Assembly: GCA_949285455.1 (NCBI GenBank)
Contig: CASDXP010000004.1
Span: forward strand, 5,609 to 69,608
Direction: 5' to 3'
Origin: an uncultured bacterium
Lineage (GTDB): Bacteria > Bacillota_I > Bacilli_A > RFN20 > CAG-826
DNA length: 64,000 bases
Every line of letters starts with the position of its first letter. Within the stretch, counting starts at the first letter, position 1. A program made the translations under genes and the position numbers. Below are positions 8,875-17,884 of this stretch, one piece after another. Under the pieces are notes generated by a model. It worked only from the letters and a program-made list of their open reading frames with translations. It was not told where the DNA came from and ran no database searches.

Positions 8875-10938
8875 TTATTGTTTATTTAATAAAGAATTTT
8901 GTTCGATAACTTTATCTTTTAGATATTCAGGAATTTGTTCGTAATGATCAAATTCACGGGTGAAGAAGCCTGAACCTTGCGTGAGCGATCTTAAAGATGA
9001 GACGTAATCTAAGATTTCCGCTTCAGGTACGAGAGCAAGAATTTCTTGGCGACCGCCATCATCTTCTTCAAATGTTAAGACGCGGCCTCTCCTTGAAGTT
9101 AAATCGCTTAGCACGTTACCGACGAATTGAGATTCGACAGAAATTTTCATGCGGATTATAGGTTCTAAAATGATTGGTCCACATTTTGGATAAGCATTCT
9201 TAAATGAAAGGATAGCGGCCATCTTGAAAGCGAGTTCGTTGGAATCGACGTCATGATATTTGCCGTCGAATAAGACAGCTTTGACGTTGATGACAGGGAA
9301 GCCAGCGAGTTGACCTTGTTGTAAAGCTTCATAGAAACCTTTTTCCACAGCCGGGAAGTATTGTTTTGGCACTGCGCCACCGACAACTTCTTCTTCAAAA
9401 GTTTGTCCTTCGCTCGGCTCAAAGCGCATCGTAACAATGCCATAGAAACCCGAACCACCAGATTGTTTGACGTAACGTCCTTCCGCTGAGGCGGTCTTAG
9501 AAATTGATTCACGGTAGACAACTTTTACATCTTCCGTCGTCACATCGATTTTATACGCTGATTTGATACGACTTAACAAATATTCAATATGCGTATTAGA
9601 AAGAGCACCTAATAATAATTGATGTGTTTCGACGTTGCGACGAATTTCAAGTGATGGATCTTCGATTTTTAAATAATCTAAAGCTTTGATAAGTTTATTT
9701 TCATCATCTTTGTTCTTCGTGACGATCGCTCGATAATAAATAGCGGTGGGGAGTTTAATTGGTGGATAAGTGACGATATGTTTTGGACTAGATAAGGTCA
9801 TACCATTTCTTAAATCATCTAATCGACCAATAGCGATTATGTCGCCCGCGATAGCGGTCTCTAAATTGAGACGATTTTTACCATTTAAACGATATAAATT
9901 AGTAACTTTAGCACGCTTATTTAAGTTAGAAATGACGACTTCATCACCATTATTTAATACACCAGAATTGACTTTCAAATAAGCTAAGAAACCAGAAAAT
10001 TGATCGTAAGTAACTTTGAAACAATAAGCTGAGAACGGTTCATCGATCGAAGTAGCGATATTTTCTTTTTCGCCTTTTTCATTCGTCACTTCAAACGGTT
10101 TTAAATCAGTGGGTTTCGGTAAGTAATCGATAATCATTTGTAGTAGCGTATGAATGCCAATATTTTTAATAGCAGAACCGACGAGCACTGGTGTTAGTTC
10201 ACCATTTAAGACACCGATGCGTAGACCGGTTAAAATTTCTTCGTGGGTCAAAGGTTCATCGGAGAAGAATTTTTCTAACAATTTATCATCTGTCGTTGCG
10301 ACAGCTTCACAAATCGTATTATGAAGTTCAAATACTTTGAGTTTTTTATCTTCATAAATTTCAGCGTCTACACATTCTTTACCATTGTAAATACGTGCTT
10401 TAAGTTCGACGACGTTGACGAAACCATCGAAATTATTTTCATGTCCGAGCGGATAGGAGAAAGGAACTGCTTCCTTACCTAATTTTTCTCTTATATCTTC
10501 TAAGACAATTTCGAAATCTTCCGTGCTCTTATCCATCTTATTGACGTAGATGATAGTAGGAATATTTCTTTTACGTAACATTTGATAATGTCTAATCGTT
10601 CCGACTTGAACTTTCGAAGCAGCATCGACGACAAGAATTGCTCCTTTGATCATTTTGATAGAAGAGATAGCTTCCGTAATAAAATCGTCGTTACCAGGAA
10701 TATCTAATAAGTTGATACGATGATTGAGATATTCAAACGTCACGATAGAAGTGGAGACAGAAGATAATCTTTTAGTTTCTTCAGGTAGATAATCTGAAAT
10801 AGTGTTCTTCTTTTCGATCGTGCCTTTTTCAGCGAGACCTTCGGCGATTTGATACATCGCTTCCACGAGCGAAGTTTTGCCGGATGATTGATGTCCTAAA
10901 ACAACAATATTGCGAATTGATTCTGGATTATTACTCAT
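8875..10938 (-). CDS. Elongation factor G-like translational GTPase paralogue (catalytic His replaced)
   Basis: 687 aa with G1 GHQSSGKT and G4 NKMD, and full EF-G domain II-V length. The G3 motif is DIPGNDDF instead of DxPGH. Confidence 0.85.
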   Translation of the reverse strand: MSNNPESIRNIVVLGHQSSGKTSLVEAMYQIAEGLAEKGTIEKKNTISDYLPEETKRLSSVSTSIVTFEYLNHRINLLDIPGNDDFITEAISSIKMIKGAILVVDAASKVQVGTIRHYQMLRKRNIPTIIYVNKMDKSTEDFEIVLEDIREKLGKEAVPFSYPLGHENNFDGFVNVVELKARIYNGKECVDAEIYEDKKLKVFELHNTICEAVATTDDKLLEKFFSDEPLTHEEILTGLRIGVLNGELTPVLVGSAIKNIGIHTLLQMIIDYLPKPTDLKPFEVTNEKGEKENIATSIDEPFSAYCFKVTYDQFSGFLAYLKVNSGVLNNGDEVVISNLNKRAKVTNLYRLNGKNRLNLETAIAGDIIAIGRLDDLRNGMTLSSPKHIVTYPPIKLPTAIYYRAIVTKNKDDENKLIKALDYLKIEDPSLEIRRNVETHQLLLGALSNTHIEYLLSRIKSAYKIDVTTEDVKVVYRESISKTASAEGRYVKQSGGSGFYGIVTMRFEPSEGQTFEEEVVGGAVPKQYFPAVEKGFYEALQQGQLAGFPVINVKAVLFDGKYHDVDSNELAFKMAAILSFKNAYPKCGPIILEPIIRMKISVESQFVGNVLSDLTSRRGRVLTFEEDDGGRQEILALVPEAEILDYVSSLRSLTQGSGFFTREFDHYEQIPEYLKDKVIEQNSLLNKQ

Positions 10939-11145
10939 AAATTTTTACTTCCTTTGTATCTATTTTAACAAAGAAGAGGAAATATGAGGAATGATATTTT
11001 ACCAATTTAAGGAAAAGTTTGAATTTAATCACTAATTTAAAAAAATTTACTAATGTAATGAAAATATTTTTCAAATTTTTTCTTTTTCTTATAACGAATA
11101 AATTTTTTAATTGCTATAATACAAGTATTAGGAGATAAATAACTC

Positions 11146-12087
11146 ATGGCAAAGAAAACTATTTATGTTTCAGGGCTTTTGAACTTTGAAACTATTTTGA
11201 ATGTGGAATCATTCCCCATCAATTACTTCCCCATCACTTACCCATTTTTCGGCATTAATTCTTCCGTCTCTGGGACAGCTTTTAATATTTCGACCGCTTT
11301 AGCGAAGTTAGGCGATAAGGTTTATCTTTCTTCTTACGTCGGCGATGATCTATTAGGCAAGACTATCGTTAGTGAAGCTAAGAAATCTAAGATTGACACT
11401 TCCAATATTAAGATGACTTTAGAATCAACTCCAAACATGGTCGTCTTAGTGGACGCTCATAGAAATGTCCAAACATATTGCGATTTAAAAAATGTCCAAG
11501 ATATCGAATCTAATTTCGAAGAAGAAAAATTAAATATTGAGGCTAGTGACCTCGTCGTCCTTTGCAATTCAAACTTCAATCGTCCATTATTGAAAAAAGC
11601 GAAAGAATTAGGTAAGAAAGTTGCGACTGACGTACACATCATCGGTTCAATTGATGACCCATTTAATGAAGATTTCTTAAGATATTCTGATATCGTCTTC
11701 TTAAGTGAGCGTGGTCTCACAGGTAAAATCTATGAAGATTTTCTAGTGGACTTATATAATGCTTACCATAATGAAATTATCGTTTTAGGCGAAGGTCGTG
11801 AAGGGGCGATGATCTTAGATGCGAAGAAACGTGTCGTCTACCATATCGATGCGATTACAATTAGAAAAATCGCTAATACGGTCGGTGGTCGTGATGCCAT
11901 GTTTTCAGCCTTCATCCATTTCTATTTGAAAGGTATCGATTCTTTAGAAGCACTTAAACTAGCGGAAATATTCGTCTCTTATAAGATTGGTGAATCTGGC
12001 TCCGCAAAAGGCTTCCTAAGTGAAAAAGAAGTATTAGAATTTGCAAAAACTATTGATTTTGCAGTGTATAAAATAAGAGAATTTTAA
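11146..12087 (+). CDS. PfkB-family carbohydrate/nucleoside kinase
   Basis: 313 aa with ribokinase-like layout and a C-terminal NTVGGRDAMFSAF motif (the anion-hole/DTxGAGD equivalent). Confidence 0.75.
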   Translation: MAKKTIYVSGLLNFETILNVESFPINYFPITYPFFGINSSVSGTAFNISTALAKLGDKVYLSSYVGDDLLGKTIVSEAKKSKIDTSNIKMTLESTPNMVVLVDAHRNVQTYCDLKNVQDIESNFEEEKLNIEASDLVVLCNSNFNRPLLKKAKELGKKVATDVHIIGSIDDPFNEDFLRYSDIVFLSERGLTGKIYEDFLVDLYNAYHNEIIVLGEGREGAMILDAKKRVVYHIDAITIRKIANTVGGRDAMFSAFIHFYLKGIDSLEALKLAEIFVSYKIGESGSAKGFLSEKEVLEFAKTIDFAVYKIREF

Positions 12088-12118
12088 TTAGGAAATTTAT
12101 CTTTACCACATTGATAGG

Positions 12119-12147
12119 AAAAGGCTCTTACTTGAGAGCCTTTTTCT
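12119..12147 (+). terminator. Intrinsic terminator after the pfkB-family gene
   Basis: AAGGCTCT-tacttg-AGAGCCTT is a perfect 8-bp stem followed by TTTTTC. Confidence 0.8.
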
Positions 12148-12269
12148 TATTCTTTTAAGAGAAAACTTAGATTATCTTTTTACTATTACTACGTAATTGA
12201 TGTTAATAACATCAATATTTATTGAACCGCTAAGACGGTAAGAAACATTATGATTTAATTGAAAAATAG

Positions 12270-12306
12270 CAAACAAAAAGGTTAGATTAAGACCAATAAT
12301 CTAACC
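12270..12306 (-). terminator. Strong hairpin followed by a U-tract on the minus strand (orphan terminator)
   Basis: GGTTAGATTA-N7-TAATCTAACC is a perfect 10-bp stem. On the minus strand it is followed by TTTTTGTTTGCTATTTTT. Confidence 0.55.
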
Positions 12307-12584
12307 AGAATAGCCAGGCAAAGAAGACTAACAACAGATAATTTTCAATCGTTGCATTGAGTTAGTCATATTCAACTAACGATATCTTTTGCCATGTTCA
12401 TATTATGTCTATATCAGTTATATTTTGTCAAAGAAATGACAAGGTAAATGCAACACATTTCTTAAAACGATAGAAAAGGACTAATAATTATTTTTCGTTG
12501 CAATGAGTTTGTCAGCTAATATTTACTAAGATAGATTTTTAATATTTGGTAACATTTTTTTAAAAGCGAAACTTCATAAATTAA

Positions 12585-12606
12585 AAAAATGCCCGATTAC
12601 TCGAGC
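12585..12606 (-). terminator. Short GNRA-loop terminator downstream of tRNA-Ser(GCU)
   Basis: The minus strand reads GCTCGA-GTAA-TCGGGC followed by ATTTTTTT. Confidence 0.55.
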
Positions 12607-12621
12607 AAATATAAGTTTCTT

Positions 12622-12712
12622 TGGCGGAGTAGGAGAGACTTGAACTCTCGCGCCAGTTACCCGACCTATGTCCTTAGCAGGGACACCCCTTCACCAACTT
12701 GGGTACTACTCC
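12622..12712 (-). tRNA. tRNA-Ser (anticodon GCU)
   Basis: The 91-nt reverse complement folds as a cloverleaf. Acceptor is GGAGTAG/CTACTCC, anticodon arm TGTCC-CTGCTAA-GGACA. It has a long variable arm, a GTTCAAGTC T-loop and an encoded CCA. Confidence 0.95.
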
Positions 12713-12759
12713 GTGCTTAATCATATTAGCAAAAGCTAAGAAAGCTTTCAATAATGATA

Positions 12760-14190
12760 TTAGTAAGCACGTGCGTAAAGCACAACTTTTTTAGTTTTTT
12801 TGCCGCAAATTGGACAAGTTCCATCCTTTTCGATATCGAATGGAATGACTCTAGCGGTGGCTTGATATAGTTCCTTCACTTTCTTTTCGCAAGCTTCATC
12901 TTCACAATAACCGACTTCGACGTAACCACCTTGTTTTAAAAGTTTACCTAATTCTTCTTTATTTTGAGCGATGTGAATATGTTCATCTAAGAAAGTTTTT
13001 GCTTTGCTATACATCGCTTCGTGGATGTCATCTAATGTTTGAGAAATTGAAGATATTTCATCTAATTTAATCGTTTTCTTTTCGCCATTATATCGATACG
13101 CGAGAGTAATTTCATTGTTCGCTAGATCACGTGGACCTACTTCGATTCTTAAAGGTATGCCTTTCATTTCATATTCTGCATATTTCCAACCTGGCGAACG
13201 AGTTGAATCGTTATCAAGTTTCACCCTGATACCTTGTAGTTTTAAATGCTCGTAAATTTCATCACTTACTTTTTTCACATTTTCATCTAGATCGTAACGG
13301 ATAGGAATGATGACGACTTGAATAGGGGCGACGTGCGGTGGAAGAACTAAACCATTATCGTCACCGTGCACCATAATTAACGCTCCGATGAGGCGGGTGG
13401 AAACGCCCCAAGAAGATTGGTAAGGATGTTTTAAAGAACCATCTTTATCTTGGAAAGAAATATCGAAGGCTTTCGAGAAATTATCGCCAAAATAATGTGT
13501 CGTTCCAGCTTGTAATGATTGGCCATCGTGCATCAAAGCTTCGATTGCGTAAGTTTCTTTCGCTCCGGCAAATTTTTCTTTCTCGGTTTTTCTTCCTTTC
13601 ATAAAAGGAATAGCTAAGAAATTTTTTCCTAAATCATCGTAGATATGAAGCATTTTTATCGCTTCTTCTTTCGCTTCTTCCGCGGTGGCGTGTACGGTGT
13701 GGCCTTCTTGCCATAAAAATTCGCTTCCTCTCAAGAAAGGACGAGTAGTTTTTTCGTAACGGACGACGGAACACCATTGGTTGTAAAGTTTTGGTAAGTC
13801 GCGATAAGAAGAAATAATTTTTGCGTAATGTTCACAAAATAATACTTCGGAAGTGGGGCGAACAATCAAAGGATCATCTAATTTATCTTTACCGCCTATC
13901 GTGACGATCAATGTTTCTGGAGCAAAACCTTCTACATGTTCTTTTTCTTTGTTAAATAAAGATTCTTTGATGACCATGGGAAGATAGACATTTTCATGTC
14001 CTGCCTCCTTAAATTTTCTATCGAGATATTCTCTTATTCTTTCCCAAATGGCATAGCCATAAGGACGATAGATGATGAAACCTTTCATCGAAGTATAATC
14101 CATTAGCTCAGCTTTTTTACAAACTTCCGTATACCATTTTGCAAAGTCTTCATTGCGTGGCGTAATCGCTTCGTTTTTAATATGTGCCAT
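12760..14190 (-). CDS. proS: Prolyl-tRNA synthetase (archaeal/eukaryote-like short form with C-terminal Zn-binding domain)
   Basis: 476 aa with class II aaRS motifs, no bacterial INS editing insertion, and a C-terminal CPICGKK...YARAY ending typical of this ProRS type. Confidence 0.95.
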   Translation of the reverse strand: MAHIKNEAITPRNEDFAKWYTEVCKKAELMDYTSMKGFIIYRPYGYAIWERIREYLDRKFKEAGHENVYLPMVIKESLFNKEKEHVEGFAPETLIVTIGGKDKLDDPLIVRPTSEVLFCEHYAKIISSYRDLPKLYNQWCSVVRYEKTTRPFLRGSEFLWQEGHTVHATAEEAKEEAIKMLHIYDDLGKNFLAIPFMKGRKTEKEKFAGAKETYAIEALMHDGQSLQAGTTHYFGDNFSKAFDISFQDKDGSLKHPYQSSWGVSTRLIGALIMVHGDDNGLVLPPHVAPIQVVIIPIRYDLDENVKKVSDEIYEHLKLQGIRVKLDNDSTRSPGWKYAEYEMKGIPLRIEVGPRDLANNEITLAYRYNGEKKTIKLDEISSISQTLDDIHEAMYSKAKTFLDEHIHIAQNKEELGKLLKQGGYVEVGYCEDEACEKKVKELYQATARVIPFDIEKDGTCPICGKKTKKVVLYARAY

Positions 14191-14208
14191 AGAATTTATT
14201 TCCCTTCT

Positions 14209-15963
14209 TTACGAGATTTTAATCGATTCAATCTTATGTATCTTTCTTTGATCGATTGGCAAGATCATCTCATCACTATTAGCGATGTCATCGCTAGATA
14301 TGTATCTTATACCAAATTTAATCATCAGTTCAATAGTGTTCCATCCGATGAGATTCGTAGCGATTATAGGTTTTTTATAACGTAATAGTTTTTCGATCGT
14401 CGATTGGAAAGACATACGAATCTTAGATGGATAGCGCATAAATTCTTGATTGAAGTTATTTCCAACGATGAAATAATCGAACAGTTTGTAGATGTCGCTA
14501 GAGAGGAGTAATTCATGCCCACTTAAAGATAAGGCGACTTCCCAATTTTCTTCTTTAAACGCTAAAATCATCTTTTTGATAGATTCACTAGAATGATGAG
14601 ATAAATCTTTTTCATCAAAAAGTAATACAAGTTTAATTTCTTTAATACGATTAATGTGTTTAATCACATTAAATATTTGTTCTTTATCTTGGAAATAACA
14701 TTCGAAGAATAGACGATTAGAGTCTTCGTTATGCATGGTGATAAATCTCGTTAACGTGTTACGAGAGAAGATGGAAAAGACAGTTTTTTGTTGGCCACTT
14801 GTCTGAGCATATTCTCTTATTTCTAAACTAGTGTTAAAAACGCTATGAATAGGTTTAGCGTAACTGAAGTAACCAAGAATCTTGCTCGTTTCCACTTCTA
14901 AGATTGGTCGATAACGATAAGAGATGTTCTTATCTTTGATAATTTGACTAATTTCTTGACTATAGACATTAGAAATTTTATCTTCATCACTACTTTCGTC
15001 GTAGAAGGAGATAAGTTGTCTTTTATCTTTTGCTACCAGAGCAATCTCTAAACCTTTTTGTAAGATTTTCTCTAAATCGCTTGGGAAAGTTCTATTTTCG
15101 ACAACCCCGATGGAAAAATCGATGCGAGAAGTTAAAGAATTGAGCGTGGCGAACTGCAAAATAGCGTGGCTAAGACTTCGAGCGAGGACACGAACATCAG
15201 ATTTTTTATTCAATCTAAAGTCGATCAAAGCGACGCTTGATTTATCAATTTCAATTAAATTACGATACGATTTAGATGTGACGAAAGGAAATATTTGATC
15301 TTTTAGTTGAGTGAAGATGATACGGTTCATCTTATCTTTACTATCATTAGATTGTTCATCGATATAAAATCTTATGACGAAGCTCGTGCCACTTGGTTTA
15401 TTTTGAATAAAATATTTATTCATCATTTCAACATCTGAAATTAATCCACGCGTCGTCTTAGTTTTATTTTTGGGAAGAGTATATCTTAAAATATGCGATT
15501 CGATATGGATTGTTTTCGATTCTTTATTTAGTGAAATAACTTCTAATAAAGAGTAGTTGGTCTTATGACTTTTTGAGATGTTGATGTCAGCTTCTAAATA
15601 CATCGGAGTGTCTTTTCTTCTATCTTCGCTTAGCAAGTCTTCAATCCATTCGCGTAATCTTTCGCGATCTTCAAAATAAAATTGTTCGTAAAATTGCTCT
15701 AAGGTGAGAAGAATTTTTCTTTTTAAATTTGAACGAGAAAAGTAGATGACTGTCTCATTAGAAAGATCAATTTTAAAAATGCGAATAGAATTTGATTGGT
15801 CTTTTAACAAGAAGTCAAATTTTTTATTTCGTAGACGATTGTAGATGAAAATGATCGATAAAGTAATGAGAGCGGCGAGGAGAATAGAACAAGTAATTAA
15901 CACGCTAAGAGTGCTAGGCTCCGTCCAATCGATACACGTCAAAAGATAAGCATAATTTTGCAT
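14209..15963 (-). CDS. Membrane-anchored protein with degenerate GGDEF-like and EAL-like regions
   Basis: 584 aa with an N-terminal TM helix. The C-terminal ~240 aa follow an EAL-fold pattern (YRYRPILEVETSKILGYFSY...), but the EAL/catalytic residues are not recognisable. Confidence 0.4.
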   Translation of the reverse strand: MQNYAYLLTCIDWTEPSTLSVLITCSILLAALITLSIIFIYNRLRNKKFDFLLKDQSNSIRIFKIDLSNETVIYFSRSNLKRKILLTLEQFYEQFYFEDRERLREWIEDLLSEDRRKDTPMYLEADINISKSHKTNYSLLEVISLNKESKTIHIESHILRYTLPKNKTKTTRGLISDVEMMNKYFIQNKPSGTSFVIRFYIDEQSNDSKDKMNRIIFTQLKDQIFPFVTSKSYRNLIEIDKSSVALIDFRLNKKSDVRVLARSLSHAILQFATLNSLTSRIDFSIGVVENRTFPSDLEKILQKGLEIALVAKDKRQLISFYDESSDEDKISNVYSQEISQIIKDKNISYRYRPILEVETSKILGYFSYAKPIHSVFNTSLEIREYAQTSGQQKTVFSIFSRNTLTRFITMHNEDSNRLFFECYFQDKEQIFNVIKHINRIKEIKLVLLFDEKDLSHHSSESIKKMILAFKEENWEVALSLSGHELLLSSDIYKLFDYFIVGNNFNQEFMRYPSKIRMSFQSTIEKLLRYKKPIIATNLIGWNTIELMIKFGIRYISSDDIANSDEMILPIDQRKIHKIESIKIS

Positions 15964-16087
15964 ACGTTAGTCATTATAGCGAAGTTGAAGTCATTATACA
16001 AATTTTAATCATTTCTTAATCTATAAGATTATCAAAGTATTTTGCTCTTTTAAAATAAGTAAATATTTGCTATGATTAACTCGCTTT

Positions 16088-16178
16088 GGAAGCGTACCCA
16101 AGCGGTTGAAGGGGTTAGTTTCGAAAACTAATAGTGGGTGCAAGCCCAGCCAGGGTTCAAATCCCTGCGCTTCCGCCA
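16088..16178 (+). tRNA. tRNA-Ser (anticodon CGA)
   Basis: 91 nt. Acceptor GGAAGCG/CGCTTCC, anticodon arm TTAGT-TTCGAAA-ACTAA, long variable arm, GGTTCAAATCC T-loop and an encoded CCA. Confidence 0.95.
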
Positions 16179-16191
16179 TATCGATTCACCT

Positions 16192-16230
16192 ATGTCTGAA
16201 GTCCCACTATAAGTGCTCAGACATTTTTTA
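16192..16230 (+). terminator. Intrinsic terminator after tRNA-Ser(CGA)
   Basis: ATGTCTGA...TCAGACAT is an 8-bp stem followed by TTTTTTA. Confidence 0.7.
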
Positions 16231-16290
16231 TTAGGATATCGTAGACACCGTTTATATAGACACGTATCATTAAAATATAAATGGTAAAAA

Positions 16291-17025
16291 ATGAATATCT
16301 TATTAGCGGCTGTCGGATTTAAAAATAACGATATTGAATTCAATAAAAATCAAATTATTAATGCAATTAAAAATTGTCCTGATAATATTGATTTGATTCT
16401 TTTTGGTGAATCATTTTTACAAGGATTTGATGCACTTACTTGGAATTTTAATATAGATAAAAATATAGCAATTTCACAAAACGATAAAATAATTGAAGAA
16501 ATTTGTTCATACGCAAATAAGAAAGGTGTAGCGATTTCCTTTGGCTATTTTGAATTATGTAATAATTCAATCTATAGTAGTCAAATTGTAATTGATAAGT
16601 TCGGTGAAATCATTTTTAATTATCGAAGAATATCAACTGGTTGGAAAATTAAAAACGCTGGTGAACATTATAAGGAAGGAGAAAGATTTTCCACATTTAA
16701 TTTTGAAAATAAAAGTATTGTTATCGCACTTTGCGGTGACTTATGGTACGACGAAAATATTGTTAAAATTAAAACTCTTAATCCAGAAGTAATTTTATGG
16801 CCAGTTTATACAGATTTTAATTATGAACAGTGGAATAATTCTACGAAGTATGAATACGCAAAACAAAGTAACTTATTAAGTTCCAATGTCTTATATATAA
16901 ATTCTTATCGCCTAGATAAAGATGATTTTGAAATCGCTAGAGGCGGAGCGGTGCTTTTTAGCAATGGAAAAATTATCGATGAAATTCCAGCAGGAAAAGA
17001 AGGCATATTAATCGTTCATCTATAA
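16291..17025 (+). CDS. Carbon-nitrogen hydrolase (nitrilase superfamily) family protein
   Basis: 244 aa with Glu (LFGESF), Lys and Cys (ALCGDLWY) in the spacing of the E-K-C triad of C-N hydrolases. Confidence 0.7.
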   Translation: MNILLAAVGFKNNDIEFNKNQIINAIKNCPDNIDLILFGESFLQGFDALTWNFNIDKNIAISQNDKIIEEICSYANKKGVAISFGYFELCNNSIYSSQIVIDKFGEIIFNYRRISTGWKIKNAGEHYKEGERFSTFNFENKSIVIALCGDLWYDENIVKIKTLNPEVILWPVYTDFNYEQWNNSTKYEYAKQSNLLSSNVLYINSYRLDKDDFEIARGGAVLFSNGKIIDEIPAGKEGILIVHL

Positions 17026-17095
17026 TATTTCATCGTGTGATGAATTTTTATGTTATGTTAAAGTGAATTATTTTAGAAATAAATAATTATGTCAG

Positions 17096-17884
17096 TTAAC
17101 AAACTGAGTTTTTAATCGTCGAATGAGGTGGAATAGATTTAATAATAAAGACATTTGATCCTATGATGGAATCGTGCCCTATAATCGTTTCACCGCCTAG
17201 GATAGATGCGCCGCTATAAATGGTGACATTATCTTCGATAGTGGGATGTCTTTTTTTACCTTGCAATTTATGGCCTTCTTTCAACGATAACGCTCCTAAA
17301 GTGACGCCTTGATAAAGTTTAACATTATCACCAATTATGGTCGTTTCACCGATGACGATACCTGTGCCGTGATCGATAAAAAATGATTTGCCTATTTTTG
17401 CACCAGGATTGATATCAATACCAGTTTTAGCGTGTGCGTATTCGCTTAATACTCTCGCAGGAAATTTTAGGTTTAATTCGTACAATGTATGAGCGATGCG
17501 ATAAGCACTTATGGCAAAAAAGCCAGGGTAAGAAGAAACTATTTCAATGTAACTATCTGAAGCTGGATCATTATCGTATATCGATTTCATGTCGAGTAAT
17601 AAGTCTTCTCTAATCTTGATAAGATTATCGTAGATTGTTTTAAGTTCTTTTTCATAGATGACATAATTATCTTGGAAGGCTTCTTTTAAACATAGAACGC
17701 TTTTATCAATATAATTATCAATTTTTGTTTTCGAATAATGTTCTTCATAAAAATCGAGGAACATGGCTTTCATCAAATAGCGATAAAAATCGATAAATTT
17801 TTCTTTGTTAAGTTTTAACCATTCTTTCTTTTTTTCAGTTTTTTGCATCGATTCAAACAATGCATCAATTACAAAATTATTCAT
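17096..17884 (-). CDS. cysE: Serine O-acetyltransferase
   Basis: Hexapeptide-repeat C-terminus DINPGAKIGKSFFIDHGTGIVIGETTIIGDNVKLYQGVTLG. The likely start is ATG 17884, overlapping the cysK stop (ATGAATAA) and preceded by GAGGGA. The ORF track opens at GTG 17899. Confidence 0.9.
   Translation of the reverse strand: MNNFVIDALFESMQKTEKKKEWLKLNKEKFIDFYRYLMKAMFLDFYEEHYSKTKIDNYIDKSVLCLKEAFQDNYVIYEKELKTIYDNLIKIREDLLLDMKSIYDNDPASDSYIEIVSSYPGFFAISAYRIAHTLYELNLKFPARVLSEYAHAKTGIDINPGAKIGKSFFIDHGTGIVIGETTIIGDNVKLYQGVTLGALSLKEGHKLQGKKRHPTIEDNVTIYSGASILGGETIIGHDSIIGSNVFIIKSIPPHSTIKNSVC

Noticed and set aside
14191-14208. Expectation of a T-box leader upstream of proS
   Set aside because: Only 18 nt separate proS from the upstream same-strand ORF, so there is no room for a T-box. 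proS is probably co-transcribed.
16128-16343. 71-aa minus-strand ORF
   Set aside because: It overlaps tRNA-Ser(CGA) and its terminator, so it is a translation artefact of a stable-RNA gene.
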